Part shown: piece after piece, positions 13,243 to 26,240 of the stretch
How positions within the stretch are numbered: position 1 is the first letter of the stretch
How the letters are laid out: each line of letters begins with the position of its first letter
From: Octopus sinensis
Lineage: Eukaryota
Length of the DNA: 64,000 nucleotides
Direction: 5' to 3'
Assembly (NCBI RefSeq): GCF_006345805.1
Contig: NC_042998.1
Span: 17,112,001 to 17,176,000, forward strand
The notes under the pieces: model-generated
What the model saw: the letters and a program-made list of their open reading frames with translations, nothing else
The model's database searches: none
What the model was told of the DNA's origin: nothing
Position numbers and translations under genes: made by a program

Positions 13243-13440
13243 CCACCTCAAATATTTTCTCCTCTGTCTTCCCTCTTTGGGATCTTTCCTTCTCCTTGTT
13301 TCCGACGAAGAGCTCCGCTCGAAACGTTAAACCCTCCTTCCCTTCTGTCATGAGCGTGAATAATACTTTAATTGTTCCACGTCCTGCGTTGCTGTGTTTT
13401 TTCTCTTTTTTTCTGTGTTTTCTTGTTTGGATTAACTATA
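13243..13440 (+). mobile_element. Short TA-bounded element (family D) with hammerhead motif at 13298-13332
   Basis: Reverse-complement match to 62990-63120 and partial match to 22150-22260; GTTT CCGACGA A GAGC-TCC-GCTC GAA ACGT T AAAC. Confidence 0.7.
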
Positions 13441-13456
13441 TATATTATATATATAT

Positions 13457-13802
13457 AAAAGGGGGGTAAAGGACCCCCTTCGGTTATGAATGACCATGGG
13501 ATTGCACCTAGAAAGTTACCCTCCTAGACACAAGTCTGGGCAAGGTTGTTTATGGAAGACCAGCAGTCGCCCATGCATACCAGCCTCCCCTCTCCACGCC
13601 ACTAGTGTTATCCAAGGGAAAGACAAAGGCCGATACAGCTTGGCACCAGTGACGTCGCAACTCATTTCTACAGCTGAGTGAACTGGAGCAACGTGAAATA
13701 AAGTGCTTTGCTCAAGAACACAAAACGCAGCCCGGTCCGGGATTCGAGCTCACACCTCACGATCGTAAGCTCGACGCTCTAACCACTGAGCCATGCGCCT
13801 TC

Positions 13803-13803
<1 letters not shown>
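13457..13803 (-). mobile_element. SINE family C (tRNA head, CORE-like domain)
   Basis: Minus strand TGGCTCAGTGG and GTTCGAATCC-like boxes; gtgttcttgagcaaagcactttatttcacgttgctccagttcactcagctgtagaaatgag resembles the CORE-SINE domain; copies at 25751 and 39551. Confidence 0.9.
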
Positions 13804-13850
<47 letters not shown>

Positions 13851-14024
13851 CTAGAAAAACGTTCCGTACATTAAACAAAGAATGTTCTCTGAATATGTAC
13901 GATGTAATTTAAGGTTAAATAGTAATTCCATTTACATTTGTATAACAGATATTTTGTTGGATTATAGTCACATATAGTTACATTACTTTCTATATTCTTT
14001 AACTGTCACAATATACTTTTTCTG

Positions 14025-14155
14025 GGCCTTAAATTTTTGTAGGGAGGGGCCAGTTGATTAGATCGAATCCAGTACACAACTGGTACATAATCTATCGACC
14101 CCGAAGGGACAAAATCTAAAGTCGACCTCGGCCGAATTCGAACTCAGAACGTAAA
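14025..14155 (-). mobile_element. SINE family B, B2 tail, partial
   Basis: Central domain plus ggcccctccc..aaaattt tail shared with the 51741 copy. Confidence 0.75.
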
Positions 14156-14440
14156 GAAAGAGGGTCATATTATGCAAACATTGCTCATGGCACCAGTACA
14201 CCGTTTATAGATGCTTAAATTTTTTGCTTTCCCGTGAAATTTTCACGGGTCCAGCCAGTTATTACTATTATTATTTTTGTGATTATTATTATTATTATTA
14301 TTACTTTATTTGTGAGAGATCTTTCGTTACACATTCTGTAACCTCTTCAAGGACTTTCTGCCTCACCTATCTCCTCTTGACCTACCTTTCTGACAGAAGA
14401 GAAATCGTTTGACAAAAAATCTCTGACATATAAACGAGTT

Positions 14441-14461
14441 ATAGTAGTAGTGGTAGTAGTG

Positions 14462-14521
<60 letters not shown>
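14441..14521. repeat. (TAG)n microsatellite
   Basis: Directly visible. Confidence 0.95.
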
Positions 14522-14699
14522 AAGTGAAGATCAAATAAACAGTGCGTTTGAATGTCAAAAGTTGATTATCCTTAAATATACCATTATTTGTTTCAACGCA
14601 CGATTTTGCATTATGTACCTTGCATAACAAATGCATACATGTGTGTTTACTTATATGTGTGTACATATATATATATAACCATCCTGACAATTAGGTGTC

Positions 14700-15150
14700 A
14701 ACAAAACAGGGACAACAAAACATCCAGGCAGACGATACAAAAAAACAAGGATGGGTCATTGGGATTTTTCTATCATCAGTCAAGTTCCAGTTTATCTTTG
14801 CTATTTCGGCTGGTTATACTCGAGATTGGTCCAATCTGACCAGCCTCAAAGAAAAACTAAGCTAAGATCATTAGATTCCTTGGAAGAAAGCAGCGAATGT
14901 ATACGAAAACAAAGACGGGAAAAAATGGACAGAATGATACAGAAATACAAATGCAAATAGCAGTATATAACAACAAGTATCTTTCGACTAAGGACGAATT
15001 AAATTAAGCTGGCTTCTGTGGAAATGAAGACTTAAGGCAGGGACATAAGATTTGACTGCTACTGGGAGGAATATAGATGTTCCATTGATGGCAGCCGAAC
15101 CAAGAAAGAAAGGTCTGGCTTGGCCGAACACCAGTCACGTGGAGAGAGAA
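14700..15150 (+). mobile_element. Possible decayed RTE-like LINE fragment
   Basis: Broken translation PRKKGLAWPNTSHV resembles RTE RRKL.WFGHV; weak. Confidence 0.3.
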
Positions 15151-15240
15151 AGAGAGAATGAGGATGAGAGATAGAATTAAGGAGAGAGGTAATATATAAT
15201 ATATAATATTATATATATACATATATATATATATATAATA

Positions 15241-15294
<54 letters not shown>

Positions 15295-15295
15295 T

Positions 15296-15449
15296 AAAAT
15301 ATTATTAAGACAAACACTATTTTGCAAACAAACAAGGAAAGACTTAATCAATACATAAAATTTTAATAATAGTCAAAAAAATTTATGTATTGATTAAGTC
15401 TTTCCTTATTTGTTTTGCAAAATAGTGGTTTTGTCTCTAATAATATTTT
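15296..15449. repeat. Inverted repeat, about 70-bp arms, between TA tracts
   Basis: cactattttgcaaacaaacaaggaaagacttaatcaatacataaa is mirrored at about 15380-15430. Confidence 0.85.
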
Positions 15450-15548
15450 ATAATATTTTACTATAAAATTGGATTTATCCTAAATCTGATTTTTTCCCTG
15501 TAATTTGGATTTATTCCCTAATATTTATTATATATAGATATATAATAT

Positions 15549-15622
<74 letters not shown>

Positions 15623-15804
15623 CTATATATGTATATAATATAAACTTGCTTCGAAATGGATGCAAGGATTCGTGGCGTTCAATCATATAATAATTTAATA
15701 AATGTGCATATAATATATATATTAGATATATATATATTATATATATATATATATAATATATATATATATATATGTGGTTGTATATTATATTTTTGCAATT
15801 GCAT

Positions 15805-15955
15805 AGACGCAAGAATGGCTGCGTTGTAGGAAGCTTGCTTCCCAACCATATAGTTCCGGGATTCAGTCCCAGTTCGTATCCCATCGGACAAGTGTCTTCT
15901 ACTATAGCTCCGGTCCGACCAAAACCTATCGAGTGGAATATGAAAGAAGCATATC

Positions 15956-16002
<47 letters not shown>

Positions 16003-16297
16003 GTGCATGTGTGTGTGTGTGTGTGGTGTGTGTGTGCATGTGTGTGTGTGTGTGTGTGTGTGCATGTGTGTGTGTGTGTGCGTGTGCTGGTGTATCTGTC
16101 CCCGTACCATCGCTTGTCTACCGATGTTGGTATGCTTACCTCCAGGTAAACTATGTAGCGATTCGGCAAAAAGAGACCGATATAATAAGTACTAGGCTTA
16201 CAAAGAATAAGTCCTGGGGTCAATTTGTTCAACTAAAGGCCTTGCATCAGCATAGCTGCAGTCATATAACTGAAACAAGTATAATAATAGAAGAATA
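15805..16297 (+). mobile_element. SINE family A, full length, long internal (TG)n
   Basis: Head, body and tail all present. Confidence 0.9.
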
Positions 16298-19200
16298 AAT
16301 GAACGAGTGATAATTTGATTTGCTTCCAAGCCTGCATACCCAAACCGGAAGTTTTATTTATTTATTTTTGTTCTCCTTTTCGCCACTAGGTTAATCGTGC
16401 ACGTTCTGTTACGGTTCCTTTTAAGTGATATTAAATACAGTTGAAGTGATATTTGAAGACGTATATTATGAACGAATCGATAACTTCATTCCCTGATTCA
16501 GTGGATGATCTTCGTAGGTGGATAAATTTTTGCATAAATAGTATCCCGGTGGAATCGAACTGAAATGCAGAAATCATAGAGAAAATGAAAGAAGCGGTCC
16601 GTTATTAGACATTGGCAACATTACCGATAAATCATCACCTGATCAACATAAATATTTTATGCATCCGTCTATTAACCTGGCTGATCACTTACTATTAGTT
16701 TTCATTAAGAACTTATTTTGTGACATTAATGGCTTCTTTATCTGTGTGACAAATAAATCATGCAACATACGTAACAACTAAATATCTAGCAAGTTAAAGT
16801 TTCATGTAATTAATTTAAGTCTTTGAGTATTTGTGTTGCCGTATGAAAATTTAAAAAGTTAAAACTGCGCAGTGAACTGAAATGTACTTTTCCTTTTTGT
16901 GTGAAGTGTAAGACATGAAAAAGACAATTCAGAGAATGTACAGTATAAAAAATTATCAGAAACACATTTGTTTTTTAAATGTGTCACCTTTACTGTTCAT
17001 TTTACATAAATTTTTTTTTATTATTATCTCCGAACTTTCCAAATTGTCTTCTACGATTTTAAAAGTTTGACTCGTTAACCAAGCGGTGAATATTTTCATT
17101 TGTAATGTCTTAAATAGTGATATCAAGATTGAAGGTGGCAAACCAAGAGCGAAAATGATAAATGATATATTAAGAGAAACAATGAAAAAAAAGTTTTTAA
17201 AAAAAGAGCAAGAAAGTACAACCCAGTGAATTCGATATCATTAGCTGAAGTTTTAGACTAAACAATTCAGCAAACAAAATTAAGAATAACGGCTAGAAGA
17301 TCAGGTGAAATTTTGTCACATCAAATTTTCACTTCATAAACATTATTTTGCAAATGAAAATTCATTGCAGCTTCTTACTTTTATTCTCAAAACCTGAACA
17401 GCCCTGCGAAAATTGTGGTGTGAAAAATCTGCTTTTTGTTAGCAACAGTAAATGAATTAAATTGTAGCGTTAGGTTGCCGAAAACTTACCTAGTCGATTG
17501 AATAGGAGAAGAACAGCCGGCTGATATATTGTTAATTTACACATAAACGATTGACACAAGCTCACTAATATGGTGATAGCTTTTTTTTTATGTTAAAAGC
17601 TAAATGCCTAAATGCCTATTTTGTTTTGTTTGCTCATTTTAATAGTGATTGCAAATTTCACAAGTGTTTGTTTCGTCTTCCATGAATCTGATTTTGATAG
17701 AATAAATATCGCTAATATAAATAAGTTCTTTTGGAGTAATAATGGAAATTTCAAAAAAATACCTACAAGTTTATCGGCTGTATAAACAATTACACCTCAC
17801 CCAACACATAGATACTGTCTTTGTCCTCATGCTAATCAATTAGAGCCATTAAAATAAGTGTATTCCTATTTGTATGGCTTCAGAATGTTAACCGCTACCA
17901 AACCTTAGTAAACATAAATTCGTATTTAAATTACGCATGAGGTTAAAGCTGGCGATGAAAACACTGTGGAAAAAAAAGGGGAAAATGAAAGAAAAGAAAT
18001 CAGTGAATCTAAAACAAAATACACTCACACAGGTATTAGTATTAAAAGTAGCTATATGTACCCGCTATTTATGTTATCATCGAAAGTAAATTTTATAAAT
18101 TCGATCTACTCTAATATCGATTTTGTTCACGTTTTCACAAGATAAATAAATACTAACATGATGGGTTAATTTAGACATTAACAACAACAACAGTAACAGC
18201 AAGAACAAATAGAACAACAACAATAAATATTTTAATAGGACCATTTTGAATAAATATAACGTGTACAGAACACTCTTCCCTTAGTTGTCTAGTTAAGAGA
18301 GGACACTGAATCGTAATTGATATAGTCGCAATTGTCTAACGGACTACCAATGAGTTTATTGGTACATTGAACAAACAAAACACAATAAAATGAAGTATTT
18401 CAAAAATTCTTATTTTAATTTTAATGCAATACAGAATCAGCTCATAAATTTAATTCAGTCAGTTGATCTGCTATACACATTTATGCATGCAAGTAGATAG
18501 TTATGGTGAGTGTGTAATATGTGTGTATGTGTGTGTGTGTGTGTGTGTGTGAGTTTAGGAGGCTTATATCAAAAGTAATACAAATATGTCGTACATTTTT
18601 ATATTAAAAACCTAAGTGTTTTCGAATAGCACACATTGGTAAATACAAACTACCTCTAATATCATTCTTCCTCCTATTATTAACAAATACGGTCTTCCAT
18701 GGTGCCATTAACTTGTTGTAGAATAGGTTATGGCTGACATCCCCAGAAGGCAAGATATTTAAAGTAAAAAAAGCCATTGAATAATTTGCACAAATGAATA
18801 AAATTTAAAAGTGGTAAAACTAGCATTAGAAACAAGAAAAAAAGCATACTATGGGATACAACTGGGTACAATCGCCGGTGCGAATCGCCATAAAGGGAAT
18901 GAATTGATTCACGTAGGCCAATAAGTCAGAATCTTGACGCACAGCTTAATTTGGCCATAGTCGATTACAGGTGTTGATGAAGTTGTGGTTATTGATGTGT
19001 GTAGAATAGATAATTCTACGGTAGACACCGTTTTGAGGTAGAGGTGCTGGAAAATTTATTCTGATATGCTGGAAGCATTTGAAGCCGATCTGGTGACTGG
19101 GAATGATACGTAGTCGTATTTCTAAAATCGAAAAATGAGACTTCATGAATGAAATGGTCTAAAATTTATTTTTCCAAACACTTATGAATATCAGTGATAT

Positions 19201-19769
19201 ATATATATATATATATATACATATAAAGTTATGGTGACTGTCTTCTAGCACGGTAAGGGTATCTCTGTTTTATTTTATTCTACTTTAGTTTTTAGAATAT
19301 GGTTGTGACATAAGTAATTAACAGCATACTGAAACACTTAAAATGGCATGAGAATGAACAGACTGTGTACGAATCTGAGAACGATGTACATTCATTATGA
19401 ACATGCGTGATACTACACAACTTTAGCAATCAGGAAAAGGCCTGCTTCATAGCCTTCACCTGTGAAGAACATCTTTCGCAGACAGACAATTGTGGCACAG
19501 ACGAAGCAGAGAGATGCTGGTGTAGTTCTTATCTGAATCTGTTCAATAAATATTCAGGTCTTGAGTTTAAATGTGGTGCAATTGTAACACAGTTAATAAA
19601 GATTATGTCGTGTTATACATTTATATGGAAGAAGCGTTGCGCAATTTGAAAATTTTATGGCAGTTATACCGACTTTTACATTATCTTCTATAAAGTACCC
19701 GAATGTATGTTTATATACATAAGACATATGTGTATGTGTTGTGTGTGTGTACTAAGTATTGATATATAG

Positions 19770-19900
19770 TTAGAATTTACAAAACACAAAAAGACGAAGA
19801 CAGGTGTGTAAACAAGAAATATGTGTATTAGTCTATCGCTCGGGAAGATGAGAAAATCTTTCCCGCTTCGAGCCTACGCTCTTCAACAGAGAGGAACACG
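19770..19900 (-). mobile_element. TA-bounded element (family D2) with decayed hammerhead motif
   Basis: Reverse-complement similarity to 46160-46290; CTGTTGA A GAGC-GTAG-GCTC GAAG. Confidence 0.6.
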
Positions 19901-20041
19901 AGAAAATAAACGGGGAGAGAAAAGAAAAAAAAGCTTTAGTGGCTAGCGGTCGATCATGACGATGGCCGGACATATATTGATATATGTATATACCTGTATG
20001 TGTGTGTATACACACACACACACACACACCAACATACACAC

Positions 20042-20072
<31 letters not shown>

Positions 20073-20894
20073 TGAAATTAATAATAATATAAGTATGCCT
20101 ATTATTATTGATTTAATATATAAATTACCTATAAATTTTTATAGCATATTGACCACCTGATAAAAATCATTAATGTGAGTTTTATCCATATATTCTATTC
20201 TATTGTATATATACATATATATATAGAAGCCTGTCTATATATGCACTGTGGATGTTGGTTTAATTTTTATTAATCTGTTGTTTTCTACTGTAGCTCTGTG
20301 TAAATTAGTTTGTACAAATGTTTAATGTATTCCGCACACGACAAGGCCGTGTGTTTCACTTTTGCTCCAGGTCGCACGTTTTGATCTTAAGAATAGAATC
20401 TACTCCAGTATATTTTTGATTCGCTTGTGTCTAAAATATTTTGCGAAGGTAGTATACACGCAAACAAGTCATCATTAATTTCGTGTGGTAACTGTATCAC
20501 ACACATATACTCCTGTATATTGTATATCATGCCCGTGTGTGTTTGTGTGTGTCTGTGTGTCTGTGTATGTGTTTTGCGTGTATTTGTGTATGCGTGTGTG
20601 TGTGTTTAGTCCTGTGTATGTGAAATGCCTGTCTACATATTTATGTGATTGTACAAATTTCCTTGCAGCTATTCTTAAACTAGACGAAATTCACTGTTTA
20701 TTTTCGTTCAGTCCGAAGCAATATCAGTTCAGTTGATACTTTTACGATTTATTTCAAGTAGCTGTGCAAACTCTATATACAGTTTCTTATTACACCTCTC
20801 TGTTTGAAATATCAGCTAATATGTCATATGCAATTGTCTTTTCAAATACATGATGAGAACTGTATTATCATTGTCAAATATATGTCTTATATTA

Positions 20895-20986
<92 letters not shown>

Positions 20987-21519
20987 AGAGAGAGAATAAT
21001 TTTTATTAATCCAAACAAGTACAAATATAGAAGCAATGAAATTCAAAATGCACAGAGAATATATTAAATTATCAATTAGAATTTAATGAGATTTTTTTAA
21101 AGTTAGAAAATACACTTGAACAGTTTCAAATTAGATTTTTAAAAGTGCATAGTATATGGGGATATATCACGAATTATGGCCTATCTGAGAGTTTGTATAA
21201 AATCTGTTGGTTTTCAAAGAAATAATCTGGCCGAGTACGCTATCCGCTAATACAAATTGGTTGATCAGCATTCGTGAGTTATGCTCATGTGATAGTCGAG
21301 CAAGAAGGCCAAGTAAAAGCTTTTGCTTCATATGATAGTTCGAAAACAGATACTTAGTTTGCAGTGTTTCCTCTCTTATTTTTTTTATGTGATATTAACT
21401 TCAATTTTTTAAAGCAATAAGAAACAATAAATATATAAAACGAAAATATTGACACACTATTTGATGAACAATTTCAAAAATTTATTTTGATCTAAATTTT
21501 CCCAAACACCTACAATTTC

Positions 21520-22095
21520 ATTTATCGCAGCCTTTGTTTGCTAGCTGGTCACATATCTGATGAATGCTATACTGTTTTCTCCAGTATATTAAGTGAACAT
21601 GTGCCTGCCTTATTAAATGCAGTAAAGGATTGTAATCTCCGATAACGTCGTCGGATGGTTTTCTTTGAAGTTGATAAAACATTTTAACACCTTTTTCATT
21701 TATTGCTAATTTGACACTTTCAGCAACAGTTAAGAAATTGAGATTTTTCTTCACCCTTAGGCAAACAAGTCGACACATTTCGACCATATTCTTAAGCTTT
21801 CCAATACGTTTTGCTGAATCAGTGCATTTGAAAACAACTAGCCAAATTGTAAAGAGTAAGGTTAGATATAGAACGTGATAGTCTTCATGTAGTTTATTAT
21901 TCTATAAATCTTTTAAATTTTTTCTGGAGAATATTTGTCATATTTATGTACTTCATCTACCCAGATTTTCATTTGAGCATGAGAAGCTTCTCTCTTTTAA
22001 TTGATCTAGTCTCAAAAGCTTTTGTGTAATGTCATCATAAAATGAACTAGAAGTTGCCGAAAACACTCTATTAACTTTAGCTTTTGTAATCTACG
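21520..22095 (-). mobile_element. Decayed Helitron/Helentron Rep (HUH) fragment
   Basis: KCTDSAKR...CRL...TVAESV...FYQLQRK...IGDYNPLL..IRQAHV..IY resembles Helentron Rep HKC..CRF.FPR..LY.LPR..INDYNP.IL..WQGNMDIQY, as recalled. Confidence 0.5.
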
Positions 22096-22149
22096 ATAAC
22101 AATGATCACTAACAAAAATAACATCATTTATACAGAAGGTGCATGTTTT

Positions 22150-22250
22150 GATAACTTGAAGAGATCTCCGTCTTCCCTTCCTTCCTGAGCGTCCAATAAT
22201 ACTATATTTGTTCCACGTCCTCGCGTTGTTGTGTTTTCATGTTTGAACTA

Positions 22251-22260
<10 letters not shown>
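22150..22260 (+). mobile_element. Truncated family D element (no hammerhead retained)
   Basis: Matches 13340-13440; ends in a TA tract. Confidence 0.65.
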
Positions 22261-22293
<33 letters not shown>

Positions 22294-22299
22294 GTATAG

Positions 22300-22314
22300 A
22301 TATAGATAGGTAGG

Positions 22315-22349
<35 letters not shown>

Positions 22350-22371
22350 GTAGGTAGATAGATAGACAGAC

Positions 22372-22440
<69 letters not shown>

Positions 22441-23006
22441 TATAGATAGATAGACAGAGAGGGAAAGAGAAATGGATAGATGAATGGATGGATGGAATGA
22501 TAGATAAATCGATAGATATACTTATATGTATATATACAGACATAAGTATATACATACATACATCTATGCATACACACAGAATACATACATACATACATAG
22601 AAATGATGTCAAACCAGTGAAACATATTGCGAAAGCATCAAATGCATAAGCCTCAGAACTGCATAATATATAATAGGGAATACACCCCATTACTCGAAAC
22701 ATTTCGCAGCTAATGCTTTTCAAATTAGTCTGTCCGAACAACACGCAGATATCTAACAAAGATTTGGAGTAGATTTTTTAAGTCACTCGTGTGAAGAAAA
22801 AAGAAGAGGAAGGAGAAGAAGAAGAAGAAGAGAAGAAGAAGAAGAGAAGAAGAAGAAGAAGAAGAAGAAGAAGAAGAAAAAGAAGAAAGAAGAAGAAGAA
22901 GAAGAAGAAGAAGACGAAGAAGACGAAGAAGAAGAAGAAGAAGAAGAAGAAGAAGAAGAAGAAGAAGAAGAAGAAGAAGAAGAAGAAGAAGAAGAAGAAG
23001 AAGAAG
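22300..23006. repeat. (GATA)n tract (about 22300-22460) and (GAA)n tract (about 22795-23006)
   Basis: Directly visible. Confidence 0.95.
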
Positions 23007-23358
23007 GGGCAAATAAAAAGGGAAACTAATTGTAGTAGACCAAGATTTGGCGATAAAAACAAACAACTTGAGGAAAATATATTGGAGGGAATGTACTGGA
23101 AAAATGTGCAAAGTTGGCACTGGAAGAATATAAGAAATGGAAGAATGACCAGGTTGTAAGATTGAAATAACGTGCCCGGTGGAGCTTCTAAAGAATGTTT
23201 GAATTTTATGGGCAGCAAGGATTATCAGATGGGTTTTAAGCACTTGAAAGGCTGCCGAAAAATTGTGGATGCCTAAGGTTACATGTACTAACCTGCTAAC
23301 TACATAAATCGTACCAGTAATAGGAACAAATCTCAGATCTGCTTCAATAATAATAATA
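23007..23358 (+). mobile_element. Internally deleted R4/Dong-like LINE 3' end
   Basis: GQIKRET/LIVVDQDLAIKTN, CAKLALEEYKKWKNDQVVRL and LWAARIIRWVLST match successive R4-clade motifs; ends in (AAT)n. Confidence 0.7.
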
Positions 23359-23888
23359 TCAACCACAACAGCAACAACAATAATGACTAGAGCACTCAGA
23401 TAGCGCAAACCTCCGCCAAAGTACCACCAACGTTTTCTCAGTGATCCTGAAAGGAAGAAACGCAAAGTTGACGTAAGCGCAGATTTGCACTCACAACGTA
23501 AAGACGGAAGAAATGCCGCTAAGCATTTTACCAGTGCGGTAACGATGGTACAAAATCGCCAATTTAATAACAATAATACTAATGATGATGATAATAATGA
23601 GAAGAGTAATAACAATACTTGTGGACATGTGTGTATGTGCGAGCACGAGCGTAGTGTAATTCCCGACTCAATTTCAGCGACACACATTAAATTAGATAGC
23701 ACTCTCAGAAAGCAGTATTGGTAAGACTTGAAGCCTATTTTTCATAAATAAATGCAAATTATAAGCCAGAGATGTTATGAAGACACATATTTGATTTATA
23801 GTTTGATGAATTTGGCTGACTACTAATGTGTTTATATCTATCAGCACCTACATTTTCAAGTCATACACGCTTGCTGTCATGTGATAAG

Positions 23889-23931
<43 letters not shown>

Positions 23932-24120
23932 TATATGGGTACAGGACATAACAAACAGTAAAAACAGTAAAGAGTATGAAGTACGAAAATATATTATTTG
24001 AATACGCAAACAACGAGTGAAACAAATGGAAAACAGGACAAGTAACATAAAGAGTGACGCTTCATCAGTTGTCGGCTGCCTATCTACTCCTTAGTTCGAG
24101 CGTTTATATATATATATAAA

Positions 24121-24506
24121 AGGCGTAGGAGAGGGTGTATGGTGAGTAGCTTGTTTACGAACCACATTGTTCCGGGTTCAGTTCCACTGCGTGGCACCTT
24201 GGGCAACTGTCTTCTGCTATAGCCTAGGGCCGACAAAAGCCTTGTGAGTGGATTTGGTAGACGGAAACTGAAAGCAGCTCATCGTATATATGTATATGTA
24301 TGTGTGCGTGTGTGTTCTTGTCTGTCGCTTGACAACCGATGGTGGTGTGTTTACGTCCCCGTAACTTAGCGGTTCGGCAAAACAACCGGATAGAATAAGT
24401 ACTAGTCTTACAAAGAATAAGTTCTGGGATCGACTCGCTCGACTAAAGGTGGTGTTCCAGCATGGCCACTGGCAAATGACTGAAACAAGTAAAAGAGTAA
24501 TAAAGT
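24121..24506 (+). mobile_element. SINE family A, full length, short internal microsatellite
   Basis: Head, body and tail all present. Confidence 0.9.
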
Positions 24507-24775
24507 ACATATACATATACATATATATATATATATATATAAGCATGTATATATATATATATATATATATACATATATACATGCATACAAACATACATTC
24601 ACACATATATACATACATATATATATATAAATCCTTAAAATCCTTAAAAATGTTTTAGCCCGAAGGCTAAATATATACATATATATACATACATTATTTG
24701 AAAAGGGAAATAAATTTGGAAAAGGCACTAGAGTATATTTTAGTGAATATTTAATAATTTTGTTAATGCAAGTCA

Positions 24776-24838
24776 TTTAAAATATTGGTGTTGAGGCGAC
24801 GGCAAAAGCCGAAACTGACCGATCAGTAATATTTTAAA
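24776..24838 (+). ncRNA. Hammerhead-like fold with degenerate CUGANGA box
   Basis: TTTAAAATAT [TGGTGTTGA] GGC..GCC GAA ACTGA-CCGA-TCAGT A ATATTTTAAA: 10-bp stem I, 5-bp stem III, GUA site. Confidence 0.5.
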
Positions 24839-24960
24839 GTGTAACAAAACTATAAATCATTCTCCAAAATGTACTTTCGTGTCATTTCCGACTTCATTTA
24901 CATTGTTAACCACAATTTTTCATTTTTATGGCCTCTAACCCCTTTTTGATATATATATAT

Positions 24961-24992
<32 letters not shown>

Positions 24993-25433
24993 CACACACG
25001 TGTGTATGTATGTAAAGTATGTATGTGTATGTATGTCTGCATGTGTAATGATAAGATTGAAAGATCAATGTGTAGGAAGTTAGTGAGATTCAAGCAATCT
25101 GTAGAAGAAAACAAAAAGCAACTTTCGGGAACAATAGGGGTTTATTGGTGCAGTAGGTTGTGAATTTTTCCACATATCGAAGTACGATAAGCGGAAAAAA
25201 ATCTTATTTTGTAGTTCCCAGAGAGCCACTGTGGTTGTTGTATATGCAAATAAACATTAAATAATTAGGCAATTCGATAGATAAAATCCAGGTTACTTAT
25301 ATTTCATAGCAAGTGGAACCTCGAAAGTAGTAAATTATCCAAATTAGGAGTAGGCTACAGCAACACTTCAGGCCAACTATACCTCGACTATATGGAGTTT
25401 AGATTGTCACTAGGAGACATAATCGTTGGTGAA

Positions 25434-25470
<37 letters not shown>

Positions 25471-25750
25471 CAGCCAGGAAATATACCAACTGATCAGATA
25501 CAAAAGCAATGCAATTGGGAATTTGGCTCAGCAGAGTCCTTAAGGTTATCATCGTAATTTGAACAGCCATGGATTGCCTATATAATCGCTAGCATGAATA
25601 TACGTTAGAAAAAGATGAAATGTTATTTCTGGATATACAGAACCAAGTAGCACATACTAATATCAGCATTTTCTCAGCTGTGCTAAATGTTCAGCCATTT
25701 CGCCGCCTTATATAATCTATTTAAGGCGAAGTTCTGAGAGAATCATTACC

Positions 25751-26088
25751 TGAGCTGAGACCCCCTTCGGCCATGACTGACCATGGGATTGCACCTAGAA
25801 AGTTGCCCTCCCAGGCACAAGTCTGGGCAAGGTTGTTTTTATAGAAGACTTGCATTCGACCATGCATACCAGCCTACCCTCTCCACGCCACCAGCGTTAT
25901 CCAAGGGAAGGGTCGATACAGCTTGGCACCTGTGACATCCCAACTCATTTCTGCAGCTGAGTGAACTGGAGCAACGTGAAATGAAGTGTCTTGCTCAAGA
26001 ACACAACACGCAGCCCGGTCTGGGAATCGAACTCACAACATCACGATCGTAAGCTCGACGCTCTAACCACTGAGCCATGTGCCTTCAC
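25751..26088 (-). mobile_element. SINE family C
   Basis: High similarity to 13457-13803. Confidence 0.9.
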
Positions 26089-26240
26089 AAATGATTACCA
26101 CGCCGGACCCAATACCGCGCCGGAAAGAATGTACAGCAGCATTTCTCTGCAATTTTCCTTCTGATGTCAAATGCCAACGTTCTCGATTTTGCCTTTCATC
26201 CTTTTGTGGGGCAACAAAATAAGTATGAGCTGAGAACTGG

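Noticed and set aside
13730-13803. tRNA-like sequences with A and B boxes (also the heads of SINE A and B copies)
   Set aside because: No complete cloverleaf and always fused to SINE bodies; these are SINE heads, not tRNA genes.
17485-17540. Strong minus-strand splice donor (CTAG/GTAAGT)
   Set aside because: Isolated motif with no supportable exon.
18802-18936. LysM-like translation (YYGIQLGTIAGAN..NELIHVGQ)
   Set aside because: Bounded by in-frame stops with no start or convincing splice sites; resemblance is likely chance.
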